NCBI GenBank assembly: GCA_964415615.1
Contig: CAYQAW010000006.1
Location: 495 to 64,494, forward strand
Length of the DNA: 64,000 bases
Reading direction: 5' to 3'
Origin: an uncultured Gammaproteobacteria bacterium
GTDB lineage: Bacteria > Patescibacteriota > Microgenomatia > Daviesbacterales > UBA10151
The position numbers and the translations under genes were made by a program. Each line of letters begins with the position of its first letter. The stretch's first letter is position 1. Below are positions 35,648 to 44,958 of the stretch, piece by piece. The notes under the pieces are model-generated. The model saw only the letters and a program-made list of their open reading frames with translations, did no database searches and was not told where the DNA came from.

Positions 35648-37279
35648 AATATTGGCTCCAAAAAGGGCATTGCCCAAAGGGCTTTGAGGGAAGAGCTGTA
35701 GGGTTTTGGATATGAAAGTTTCAGCAGACTCTTTGTATCCAGAACTTAATAAAAATATTCCTAAATTTAAATAGGACCTGTGGTTATCAAATTTAAAATC
35801 AGCTGCTTTTAATTTAGAAAGATCTATAGCCTCCAGGGTCTGACCTTGCAAGACTAAAACAATCATGAAGTCATCTATATAAACTGTTTTCCAGGAAGTA
35901 TCTTTTACTAAAGAAGCTAGGAAATTTTTGCCCCAAGGGGTTTGATCTGTGATAGAAAAAATAATACTTTTAAAGCCATACTGTGTGTTAATTTCTGCAA
36001 ATTTTTGAGGATCTGATTGCATAGGGATATAAACATTTTGGAAAAATTCCTTAGGGTATTCCCCTGGCCTACCATCTACGAATATACGATATTTAGGCCA
36101 TCCTTTGTAGGTAATATAGCTACCAATATCGAAATTGTTAAAAATTGGTTGAGGCAAATCATTTTTTAGAACAAAATCCATAGCACTTTTAGCGCTTTCC
36201 TTAAAGATAAGCTTAGGTTCTACATTACTGTTTTTGAAACGATAGTAATCTCCATTTAAATAAAATAAACTCTCATAAATTAGCAATGGAACTGTAATAA
36301 TTACTAATATCTTTGACAAAAAAGATGATTTTGGATTGCCAAAATTTTGCAGTGCTGCTGGGAGTGAAATTAGTACTAAATATGGAAGACTACGTACATT
36401 CATTAATGCAAGTACAAGTCCTAGACTTACTAGGCCGAGATTTTTAACTTCGAGATGTTTTTTGAAAAAAGCTACTACTATTGAGAGTAAGATAATTACA
36501 GAAGCTATCTTGGCAAATAGAAAATTTGGATCATTAAAGCCTATGCTTTCCAGCATAAACATGGTTTGATTTTCAACAATGGTATAACCATAATTTGTGC
36601 CATATAAAAAAGGATTAAGAACTCCTTTTATTGTGCTAGGGTTTATAAAGCTTACTGCAACTGAAACTAAAAATATCATTCCCAACATTTTCAACTTTAC
36701 ATAATTAAGATGTAAACGTAGGTATAAATAGGTTAAATGAGCAAGGAAAATACCCTGTAAGATCAAACCTACAATAAAATAAATATGAGTATTAACCCAG
36801 ATTAGTTGAATTATTGGTAGCAAAAAAATTAATTTGCTTTTCGTTTGGTCATATTTATTGAGGATATATATAACCATTGATGTAAAAAGAAAACTAAATA
36901 TTTCAGGCCTTAATTCTGTTCTTTCTCTTAAAGTATGCAAAAAGAGAAATCCAATAGGTAGAAGCAGATATTGTTTTTTGGGAATATTTTTCAGAGTTAA
37001 CCAGATAGTTAGCAATAGAATGATAACTTTTAAAATAAGAACTACTTGTAGTCCTATTGTTTGTTGTCCTAGGTATATTAAAACTTCAAATAACCAGTGG
37101 CTGTTAATGAAAGGAAAATTAGGGTAGGTATAAGAGAATAGATTGGTTAGAGGCACATTTTTTGTTTGCCAGATTATTTCTCCAAGTTTAAGGTGTCTGC
37201 CTAAATCCTGGTCAAAAGAATGATCTGTTTTAAAAAGAAAAGAAAAAACAAAAAATAAAAGCAGAATCTTTGCCCACAT
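35627..37279 (-). CDS. Large polytopic membrane protein with a TPR-like C-terminal domain
   Basis: ~12 TM then a soluble C-terminus; no catalytic motif recognised. Confidence 0.45.
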   Translation of the reverse strand: MWAKILLLFFVFSFLFKTDHSFDQDLGRHLKLGEIIWQTKNVPLTNLFSYTYPNFPFINSHWLFEVLIYLGQQTIGLQVVLILKVIILLLTIWLTLKNIPKKQYLLLPIGFLFLHTLRERTELRPEIFSFLFTSMVIYILNKYDQTKSKLIFLLPIIQLIWVNTHIYFIVGLILQGIFLAHLTYLYLRLHLNYVKLKMLGMIFLVSVAVSFINPSTIKGVLNPFLYGTNYGYTIVENQTMFMLESIGFNDPNFLFAKIASVIILLSIVVAFFKKHLEVKNLGLVSLGLVLALMNVRSLPYLVLISLPAALQNFGNPKSSFLSKILVIITVPLLIYESLFYLNGDYYRFKNSNVEPKLIFKESAKSAMDFVLKNDLPQPIFNNFDIGSYITYKGWPKYRIFVDGRPGEYPKEFFQNVYIPMQSDPQKFAEINTQYGFKSIIFSITDQTPWGKNFLASLVKDTSWKTVYIDDFMIVLVLQGQTLEAIDLSKLKAADFKFDNHRSYLNLGIFLLSSGYKESAETFISKTLQLFPQSPLGNALFGANISSKFFW

Positions 37280-37305
37280 ACAAAAATTGTACCATACGCG
37301 GTTTT

Positions 37306-37339
37306 TTGCGTGATTATTGCGTGATAATTATGGTATAAT
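37306..37339 (+). promoter_or_regulatory. Tandem TTGCGTGAT direct repeats (11-nt period) fused to an extended -10 TGGTATAAT, 6 nt before the fic ATG
   Basis: Units at 37306-37314 and 37317-37325, then TGGTATAAT at 37331-37339, ATG at 37346. Confidence 0.4.
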
Positions 37340-37345
37340 TAATCT

Positions 37346-38404
37346 ATGTTTGCGCCAAAATATAGTATTACTCCAATCATGCTTCTCAGGATTGCAGAAA
37401 TTGCTGAAATAAAAGCAGCTGTTGAAAGATCAAGAGTTCTACCTTTAAATGAGGCCCAGCTTAGGCGTCAGGCAATCCTCCGAATGGCCCATACTTCTAC
37501 TTCTATTGAAGGAAATAAGTTGGCCCAATTTGAGGTTGGAAAAGTTTTAGAAGGTAAATCAGTCAGAGCTTCTCAAAAAGATATTTTGGAGGTGGAAAAT
37601 TATTACCAGGCTTTGAAAATGTTAAGTAGGTTGGCTGAAAATCCTTCACCTATTACAATAGATGAGATTTTGGTTCTGCATAAGCAGGTGGCGGAGGGCC
37701 TGGGAGCAAGTGAAAAGATTGGCAAATTCCGTTCTGCTGATGTGTATGTTTTGGATGATCTGGGTGATGGTAGAGAGATGCTCAGGTTTAAAGCCCCTCC
37801 TGCCCATCAGGCTAAAAAACTAGTAGCAGAGCTTTTAGCTTGGTTGCAGTCCTCCAGGAAAGAAAACATCCATCCTGTTATCAAAGCTGGTATCCTACAC
37901 CTTCAATTTGTTTCTATTCATCCTTTTACTGATGGTAATGGCAGGGTGGCCCGGCTTTTAACCCAGCTTCAACTTTACAGGGATAATTGGGATTTTAGGA
38001 AGATATTAGTGCTGGAGGATTATTACAACAATGACAGAATGTCTTATTATAATGCTGAAAATGAGGTTCAGGGCAAAGCCTACAACAAGAATATGGATTT
38101 TACTTCCTGGCTGGAATATTTTACCACTGGCTTTCTATCAGAGACAAGAAAGGTTTTAGAACAGATTCAAATGCTAGGTTTTGGCAAGGTATCAAAAAAT
38201 AAAGAGCAAATTTTTCTGAATAAAGATGAGCTGCAAATTTTGGACTTTATAGCCACAACTGGCAGAATTACTTCCCAAGATGTGACTGATATATTAAAGC
38301 TGGCTAAAAGAAGCGCCCAATTAAAACTCAAGGAATTGGTGGATAAAAAACTGATCAAATTAAATGGCAAGGGTCCAAGCTCTTTCTATACCTTAACCAG
38401 ATAA
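37346..38404 (+). CDS. Fic/DOC family protein with C-terminal winged helix
   Basis: HPFTDGNGRVAR Fic motif. Confidence 0.85.
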   Translation: MFAPKYSITPIMLLRIAEIAEIKAAVERSRVLPLNEAQLRRQAILRMAHTSTSIEGNKLAQFEVGKVLEGKSVRASQKDILEVENYYQALKMLSRLAENPSPITIDEILVLHKQVAEGLGASEKIGKFRSADVYVLDDLGDGREMLRFKAPPAHQAKKLVAELLAWLQSSRKENIHPVIKAGILHLQFVSIHPFTDGNGRVARLLTQLQLYRDNWDFRKILVLEDYYNNDRMSYYNAENEVQGKAYNKNMDFTSWLEYFTTGFLSETRKVLEQIQMLGFGKVSKNKEQIFLNKDELQILDFIATTGRITSQDVTDILKLAKRSAQLKLKELVDKKLIKLNGKGPSSFYTLTR

Positions 38405-38414
38405 AACCCTAGGG

Positions 38415-38446
38415 TTGCGTGATAGATTGCGCGTTTCTTGCGTGAT
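38415..38446 (+). promoter_or_regulatory. Second cluster of TTGCGTGAT-type direct repeats (three units, 11-12 nt period)
   Basis: ttgcgtgat / ttgcgcgtt / ttgcgtgat; ~120 nt upstream of the RRM gene and just after the fic stop. Confidence 0.35.
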
Positions 38447-38567
38447 TCTCACACTATTGCTATTTATTGACGTTTATGGGACAATTTAGATGTGAGTAGA
38501 GTGTATTTATCGAATTTAGCGTAATTCACCTCCACAGAAATTTTAAAAGATAAGGAGGTGAATTTTT

Positions 38568-38831
38568 TTGAATAATAATAAGAAACTATTTGTAGGTTCT
38601 TTACCATGGGCTATTGACGATGCTGGCCTTGCGCAGCTTTTTGCTCAAGCTGGTACAGTTGTTTCAGCACAAGTTGTAAAAGACCGCGAAACAGGAAGAT
38701 CTAGAGGATTTGGTTTCGTTGAGATGTCTTCTGAAGAAGAAGCTCAAAACGCAGTCAAGAATCTTAATGGTTCAGATGTTGAAGGTCGCAAGATCGTTGT
38801 AAACATTGCCAGACCAAGAGAAGATCGTTAA
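38568..38831 (+). CDS. RRM-type RNA-binding protein
   Basis: RNP-2 LFVGSL, RNP-1 RGFGFVEM; TTG start 7 nt after AGGAGGTG. Confidence 0.85.
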   Translation: MNNNKKLFVGSLPWAIDDAGLAQLFAQAGTVVSAQVVKDRETGRSRGFGFVEMSSEEEAQNAVKNLNGSDVEGRKIVVNIARPREDR

Positions 38832-38899
38832 ATTCCCTTAAAAAGAAATTTAAACAGAAAAACAAAAGTAGTGGAGAAATCTGCTACTTTTGTGGTGGG

Positions 38900-39445
38900 T
38901 TAAAGAACGCGGTATCTTAAAAAAAGCTCATCTTTTGCTTGTTTGATAGAGATCAGTTTTAGCTTCTTGATTTTATCCTGAGGGAAAAGAATACCTTCTA
39001 CCAGGGTTAAAGTGGTGCCTGTTTTACTTCCAAAAATTTTTGGGGCTATGGTTAAAAATATTTCATCAATTAAATTCTCCTTCAAAAAAGATCCTAGCAG
39101 TGTTGGCCCTCCTTCAACAAGCACATTTCTGTAGCCTTTTTTATAAAATTCAGCTGCTAATTTTCTTGGGCTGGTATGTGTTGCGACAGGATAATAGACC
39201 AGATTAGGAAGCTTGCTTAAACTTTTTTTAGTAATTTCACCAAACTGCTTATATAAATTTTTACCATGAACAAGCACATCTGCATGAGAACGCAGTTCCA
39301 TTAATACTTTGTAATCATTTCTGCTGCCGATAGGCCAGTAACCTGATACCTTGCCATCAACAGTAGAAACAAAATTAGTGTAGAAAAAAGGTCTGCCTTT
39401 AGTTTTGGGAAAGTTTAAATTCTGGTAAAACATGCTTTGAAGCAA
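38900..39445 (-). CDS. RibD C-terminal domain / dihydrofolate-reductase-like reductase
   Basis: VDGKV...ADVLVHG...VLVEGGPTLLGSFL...DEIFLTIAPKIFG. Confidence 0.65.
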   Translation of the reverse strand: MLQSMFYQNLNFPKTKGRPFFYTNFVSTVDGKVSGYWPIGSRNDYKVLMELRSHADVLVHGKNLYKQFGEITKKSLSKLPNLVYYPVATHTSPRKLAAEFYKKGYRNVLVEGGPTLLGSFLKENLIDEIFLTIAPKIFGSKTGTTLTLVEGILFPQDKIKKLKLISIKQAKDELFLRYRVL

Positions 39446-40124
39446 GAAATTCTAAAGTATATTTTACTGCAATATAAGATGCTGCAATTCCTGAAGCAAA
39501 AAGAATTCTTTCAGCAATTACAACTGGAATCAGTCCATTCCAAACAGAAACTGGTAAATTAAAGACCCAAATCCAGGCTGCCCCACCTACAGCATGAGCA
39601 GTCATAGTTGCTCCCAAACTTTTAACCCATAAATTATCTCTTTTAAAGTAAGCTAAAACTGGAATGGACCAAAACATTAAGGCATAATAAGTAACCTGTC
39701 TGCCAATTGGGTGAGCTATAAAAACAGCAATACATAAAACAGGAACAGCCAGAAGCCATTTTCCTTGAAAACCCTTTTTGGAAATTAAGGCAAAATATAA
39801 AACAGCAAAAAGAGTTGGGAAAAGTCTGATCACTGAACCTGTGGTTAGGGGAGTTTGTTTTATCCACATATTAATCACTTCAACTCCAAAAACTGAGGCA
39901 ATTCCAAATACAGGTCCTAAAAATCCTCCTGCCATTGGAGCAAAGAAATCAAAAAGGGTAAAGGAAACATTTGAGCCCATGATTTTGTTAAAAGGAATCT
40001 GTAGGCTTATAAATCCAACTATAGAAAAAAGGGCTAAGAAAAATAATTTTCTCCTGGTATTTGTCATAGCAAGGACATTAGAATAATTCAGGCTACTTAA
40101 AATGTCAATAGCTTTCTGATACAA
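39399..40124 (-). CDS. Multi-TM membrane protein, possibly a substrate-capture transporter component
   Basis: 6-7 TM; overlaps the reductase gene by 47 nt (operon). Confidence 0.35.
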   Translation of the reverse strand: MYQKAIDILSSLNYSNVLAMTNTRRKLFFLALFSIVGFISLQIPFNKIMGSNVSFTLFDFFAPMAGGFLGPVFGIASVFGVEVINMWIKQTPLTTGSVIRLFPTLFAVLYFALISKKGFQGKWLLAVPVLCIAVFIAHPIGRQVTYYALMFWSIPVLAYFKRDNLWVKSLGATMTAHAVGGAAWIWVFNLPVSVWNGLIPVVIAERILFASGIAASYIAVKYTLEFLASKHVLPEFKLSQN

Positions 40125-40137
40125 TAACCAAGAAGAA

Positions 40138-40219
40138 GCTGGTGTGGAGGAATGGCATACTCGTCCGCCTTAAGAGCGGATGCCCAAAAGGCATAAGGGT
40201 TCGACTCCCTTCACCAGTA
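40138..40219 (+). tRNA. tRNA-Leu (anticodon UAA), type II with long variable arm
   Basis: Anticodon stem TCCGC/GCGGA with loop CTTAAGA, variable arm TGCCCAAAAGGCAT, T-arm AAGGG-TTCGACT-CCCTT. Confidence 0.85.
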
Positions 40220-40227
40220 CTTTTATT

Positions 40228-40299
40228 CGGGGTGTAGGTCATCGGTAGACCGCTGCGTTTGGGACGCAGATGTAGGAGGTTCAATTCCTCTCACCCCGA
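40228..40299 (+). tRNA. tRNA-Pro (anticodon UGG)
   Basis: Acceptor CGGGGTG/CACCCCG, anticodon stem CTGCG/CGCAG with loop TTTGGGA, T-arm GGAGG-TTCAATT-CCTCT. Confidence 0.85.
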
Positions 40300-41676
40300 C
40301 TAGTACGTTGTTGCTTGCTTTTTAGCATTTCTGCGAAGTGGGGTTTAAGCTGGTATGACAATACTTTCTCCTCATCAACAGTGAAGTTCAAGAATATTTC
40401 TCTGCAGATTTTATCTTTTATAATTGCATTGGCACTTTGGATTATCACACCAGCATTTTTACTAAGGTTCAAGAATTGTTCGATAGATAGCTTATCTTTC
40501 TCTGGATCTGTTAATTGCTCTTTTAATGCAGTGATCTTTCCGTTTAACTCTTCTTTTTCTTGCTCAAGTTCTAATACCCTATCCTCATTAACTTTCTTGA
40601 CTGTGGGTTGAATATTGAGCGTTAGAAGTCCTAGGGAGCGTTCTTTTATTTCCTGGTCGATAACTTTTAGTCTGCCTTGCTTGCTATGGATCTCAATGCC
40701 AATTTTCTGTCTCTTCTCATCTGTGAGTTTAGTTAGATCATGGTAATATCTCTTATAATCAGCCTCGGTTAAGTTCAGTCCATCTTTTAGAAAATCATAA
40801 ATCCAATTAAATATCTCTTTTGCTCTTATGGATCTTTTCTTTCTGGAACAGAGTTTATTATCACACCTATAATTTAGGTATCGTTTACCTTTACTGCCAG
40901 TTGATGGACCAACAACCATATTATGTCCATATCAACTTTTCTACCTGTTCGCTTAATAACTTTTGAATAAGCGTTATCATTCATAAATTTAGTTATATCT
41001 TCTAAGGATTCACCCTTAGCTCGTAATTCCCAGCCTGTACAGACCAGGTCAAAGTTTTTACCATCAGGTTTATAATAGCCTTCCTTAGTTCTAATATATC
41101 CATGCTTAGGAATAGATGATTTACCTTCTGCAAAGTTCCTTCTGACACCTCTTGTTACTTTCTGGCTCAAATCATCCGAGTATTGCTTACTCAAAACAAA
41201 GCTCATTCCTAAAAGCATTTTTCCGTTGGCGTCTTTAGTAAAGTGGTGAGTCACAAACTTGAGGTCTTTTATCTCTTCCTCATCAATCATGTCTATTATT
41301 TCCCCACCTTCTTTCATATTCCTGCTAATCTATCCGGATTCCAGGCTAATATGCCATCATAGATCCCTTTTTTAAGGTCGTTAAGCATTTGTCTAAATAT
41401 TGGGCGTTTATTTGGTTTTTTAGCAGATTTAGTTTCTTCTAGGACTTTGACTACATTTATTCCTAGTCTTGCAGCTAGTTGCTTACACTCGAAGATTTGA
41501 TCTCCTATGGATCTTACCTGGCGTTGGGGGTCATCAGTAGATTTTCTGGCATAGAGAACATACTTTAGTTTCGTAATGTCTAGTTCGTCATCTTCCATTT
41601 TGTAAAGTATATCAGCAATCTGTAGAAGATTTTGCGTTTCAGAAAGAGAATTTAATGAAGAAAAAACGACTGGCAA
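40281..41676 (-). pseudogene. Large serine recombinase split into three overlapping frames (two frameshifts); 3' end overlaps tRNA-Pro
   Basis: Catalytic domain YARKSTDD...DRL (41314-41676); recombinase domain LSKQYSDDLSQKVTRGVRRNFAEGK (40874-41317); Zn-ribbon and coiled-coil tail YRCDNKLC (40281-40919). Confidence 0.7.
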
Positions 41677-42914
41677 CTAAGATTAGTACTCGGTTCACAA
41701 ATCTTTGACAGCTTTTCTTGAGATATATCATAAATGAAGAGGGTTTTACCAAAAGTTCCTAGTGTGAGAGAGCTGAATATTAGATACTTGTTATCACTTG
41801 TAACTTGAGCATTAGTAAAATCTCCATAAGGAACATTAAAAAGGAGTTTCGGTGTTTTAGATGTAAAATCTAAAGCCATAATGTCTTGACCCTGCTTTGA
41901 GTTCTTAGATGGGTAAATCAACTGTTTTTTATCAGCTGAAAATGTATATCTAAAAGCATTGGTTGAATCAATACCCTCTTCCCCACCAGCTAATAGTGTT
42001 TGTTTACTAGAATTACTATCTATCATCCAGATAGAATCTCCTGTTGATTGTCTTTTTTGAAAGATGATTGAATTGTTATCAATCCATTGAGGTGAAGTAT
42101 CAGCACTGCTTTGATTTACATTAGATGTAGGATTATTTGTAAGTTTCTTAACTTGATTTGTCTTTAAATCATATACATAAATATTCGCAGGATCACCTTG
42201 AGAGAAGCTGCCATATACAATCTTTGACTTATCAGGTGAGAAAGCAAAGTCCCTTAGTGAAGAAGTATCCAAATTGTCTACCTTAGGAATTCTAACTAGC
42301 TCTGAGGACTGCTTTGAATTTATATCATATTTCATTACTGAAACATAAGTATCCTTAGTGAGGAAATTCACGAGTTCAGAATTAGAATACCAACTACCAG
42401 CCATATCTTCAGTTAAATCTTCAACCCTACCAGATGTTAAATCCAAAAGAGCTGGTTTTTCTGTAAAAACTCCATGTGGAGTTGCTGATCTATCTCTCAT
42501 TCCAGATGTAATAATTAGTTTTGTCCCATCTGGTGACCAAGATTGTGGATAGTATGAGTAGTTTTGAGTATTATCACTTAAGATAATCTTTTTAGAATTT
42601 TGTGCTATATCATAAATTGTTATGTCCTTACCTCGTACCCCATTTTTACCAGGCTGATATTCAAATATTTCCTCATCTGAGTAGGCAACTAATCGTTTAT
42701 CTTTAGAATTTATATTAGAGAAATTATTATTTATTGCTGTGTTAATAGGTTGAGCTGCTTGTTGTGCCGGTATTGTTACTTTATTTTGATTTTGGATGTA
42801 GAAATAACCAAGCGATACCAAACCAATTAGAATTACTAATCCTAAAAGAATAAAGAGTGGGGCAAATCCTTTTTGGTTCATTAATTTCAGTATATCACTT
42901 TTTTTGTGAATCAA
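41652..42914 (-). CDS. Surface beta-propeller (TolB-like) protein, NQKG signal-anchor family
   Basis: LMNQKGFAPLFILLGLVILIGLVSLGYFYI; WSPDGTKLII and FSPDKSKIVY repeats. Confidence 0.6.
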   Translation of the reverse strand: MIHKKSDILKLMNQKGFAPLFILLGLVILIGLVSLGYFYIQNQNKVTIPAQQAAQPINTAINNNFSNINSKDKRLVAYSDEEIFEYQPGKNGVRGKDITIYDIAQNSKKIILSDNTQNYSYYPQSWSPDGTKLIITSGMRDRSATPHGVFTEKPALLDLTSGRVEDLTEDMAGSWYSNSELVNFLTKDTYVSVMKYDINSKQSSELVRIPKVDNLDTSSLRDFAFSPDKSKIVYGSFSQGDPANIYVYDLKTNQVKKLTNNPTSNVNQSSADTSPQWIDNNSIIFQKRQSTGDSIWMIDSNSSKQTLLAGGEEGIDSTNAFRYTFSADKKQLIYPSKNSKQGQDIMALDFTSKTPKLLFNVPYGDFTNAQVTSDNKYLIFSSLTLGTFGKTLFIYDISQEKLSKICEPSTNLSCQSFFLH

Positions 42915-42932
42915 GTAAGAAGAATTCGCTAT

Positions 42933-43373
42933 TTAAAACCCTAGTAACTTACCTAGAATTCGGTGGAATTCTAATCTGGTTCTATAATCTGGTACTTTTT
43001 CTCCTGTTAGTTCATTAAGTTTGGTGGCAACTAAGCCTTCTTTAAGACCCTGGATATAATTACTGTATCCAATATCATATCCTGCCAAAATAGCAGAAAT
43101 GTTAATCTTTGCTAACTTTTTTGAGCCTAGAACTCTGGCTGAGGCATCGCTAACGTCTGGGTGCAGGGTCTTGTAAGCTGCACTGGCGTTTAGACCATTT
43201 TTTAACCATTCTGCTAAAAATAGTGGTACTTCCTTGTTGCCTTCTACAAGTTCGTCAATATCTAGCTTGCTGGTATTAAACTCTTTTTCAAATAATTCTT
43301 GATCAGTTTGAGCAGTATCCATAGGGTTCAAGGTGCTACTTCTTAATAACATTCGGATCTGAGGGATCTTCAT
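42933..43373 (-). CDS. Phage terminase small subunit-like (Terminase_2) protein
   Basis: NGLNASAAYKTLHPDVSDASARVLGSKKL resembles the TerS HTH region. Confidence 0.4.
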   Translation of the reverse strand: MKIPQIRMLLRSSTLNPMDTAQTDQELFEKEFNTSKLDIDELVEGNKEVPLFLAEWLKNGLNASAAYKTLHPDVSDASARVLGSKKLAKINISAILAGYDIGYSNYIQGLKEGLVATKLNELTGEKVPDYRTRLEFHRILGKLLGF

Positions 43374-43560
43374 TTAATTCAATTCTGCCACCATTATTGT
43401 CATCTATGCTTGTAGCATTGAGTGACGCTTCAGGTGTAGTTGTATCAACTGATTGGAGTGCATCTACTAAATCTATCAGTGGTTGACCATAATCACTGCT
43501 AGAATCTGTTGCCTGATGCTGATTATTGACAGCTGGCGGTGTTGGGTCATCAGTACTCAT
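43336..43560 (-). CDS. Small acidic hypothetical protein
   Basis: ORF-level support only; overlaps the TerS-like gene start. Confidence 0.3.
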   Translation of the reverse strand: MSTDDPTPPAVNNQHQATDSSSDYGQPLIDLVDALQSVDTTTPEASLNATSIDDNNGGRIELNEDPSDPNVIKK

Positions 43561-43598
43561 AAATCTGATTATACATCAACTGTGGTAAGATAATCTGG

Positions 43599-44111
43599 AT
43601 GAAAAAGAAACAGGAGAATTTCGCCTTTATTGATAGCCAGAATCTTAACCTCGGAGTAAGATCCCAAGGCTGGCAACTTGATTTCCGTAAATTCAGGCAA
43701 TACTTACGTAATAAATACAACGTTACAAATGTTTATCTATTTATTGGCTATAAGGCGGGTAACGAAGCACTTTATACCAGTTTGCAGCAGATGGGATATA
43801 TCGTGATCCTGAAACCAACTATGGAATTACCTGATAAAACTGTAAAGGGCAATGTGGATGCTGAGTTAGTATTACATACAATGCTTCAGTATCCAAATTA
43901 TGATAAAGCTATTATTGTCTCTGGCGATGGAGATTTCCATTGTTTAGTTGAGTATTTAGAGCAGCATGGTAAATTACTTCTTATATTGGCACCAAATAGA
44001 CATTATTCAGGCTTGTTGAGAAAATATAACAACTATATTGTTAGAGTGGATTTGTTGAGGAATTCTTTAGAACAAAAAAAGACTGGCATTCGCGGTCGGT
44101 CGAAACCTTAG
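43599..44111 (+). CDS. NYN domain (LabA-like) protein
   Basis: FIDSQNL...KGNVDAELVL...IVSGDGDFHCLVEYL; extended -10 tggtaagat just upstream. Confidence 0.75.
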   Translation: MKKKQENFAFIDSQNLNLGVRSQGWQLDFRKFRQYLRNKYNVTNVYLFIGYKAGNEALYTSLQQMGYIVILKPTMELPDKTVKGNVDAELVLHTMLQYPNYDKAIIVSGDGDFHCLVEYLEQHGKLLLILAPNRHYSGLLRKYNNYIVRVDLLRNSLEQKKTGIRGRSKP

Positions 44112-44339
44112 GCTAGTCCAGTCATCGTGATAAAAGTATATTATCACAAACTCTTCTTTAATGCAAATCCAAAATTAGCCTCAAAAAACATAATTTTGTG
44201 GGTAATTTGCATTATTTTTCATCAGCATTATTTGTTCAAACGTTCCTATTTTCCAGTGTTTTATGATAGCATTTGCAAGAGGCAGAAGCAGTTCAAGATC
44301 ATTCGCTCCTGTTCGACTCATTTGGATGTAAGATAGTAG

Positions 44340-44852
44340 CTAAGAAGGTAATTTTAAGATTGTTCTTTTAATCTCTTCAAGCCGTGCTTTTGCATTAAGT
44401 GCTTCTCCAAACCCAATATCCCAATTATAATAATCACGCTCAATCCTATTGACCATTTTAGCTATCTCCTGAGTATAATTAGGTGGGAGATCAGCAACAA
44501 GTTTAGCTAAATGTAAAAGATTAAGTGTAAAAGCTGCCAATGGGATGGTGCCAACTTTAACCTTTCCCTGTGAGCCTAATGCCTTATGAAATCTTTCTAA
44601 TGCCGCATTGAGTGTTGGCAAATTTCTTTGATTTGATTTAACAATTTCCACTAATTTTTTAGGATACTGACCTAATCTAGTATCTTCATCTACATTGGGC
44701 AACTTATCAAGTGGATATATAATATCCATATTTCTGATTTTTTCTTCTCCACTGGAAGTTGAGGGGTGTTTGGCTGGAGTTCTAGCAGGAGTTGCAGTTT
44801 GCCTTTGATATAGATCTACAGTCTCCTGGGCAATAGTTCTAATACTCTCCAC
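44340..44852 (-). CDS. Hypothetical protein
   Basis: 170-aa ORF downstream of the VWA gene. Confidence 0.4.
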   Translation of the reverse strand: MESIRTIAQETVDLYQRQTATPARTPAKHPSTSSGEEKIRNMDIIYPLDKLPNVDEDTRLGQYPKKLVEIVKSNQRNLPTLNAALERFHKALGSQGKVKVGTIPLAAFTLNLLHLAKLVADLPPNYTQEIAKMVNRIERDYYNWDIGFGEALNAKARLEEIKRTILKLPS

Positions 44853-44958
44853 ATTCTGGGAGGTTGCTCCATAGTGCTCGCTATTTGGGCGAGACTGCCA
44901 GTTGGCAAAGAGGGAGCAAAAGTCCTTCCAATTTCCACCTTTTGACTGGTAGACATAC

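Noticed and set aside
44127-44336. 69-aa ORF between the NYN and hypothetical genes
   Set aside because: AT-rich intergenic run-on with Lys/Phe/Ile-rich translation; no start context.
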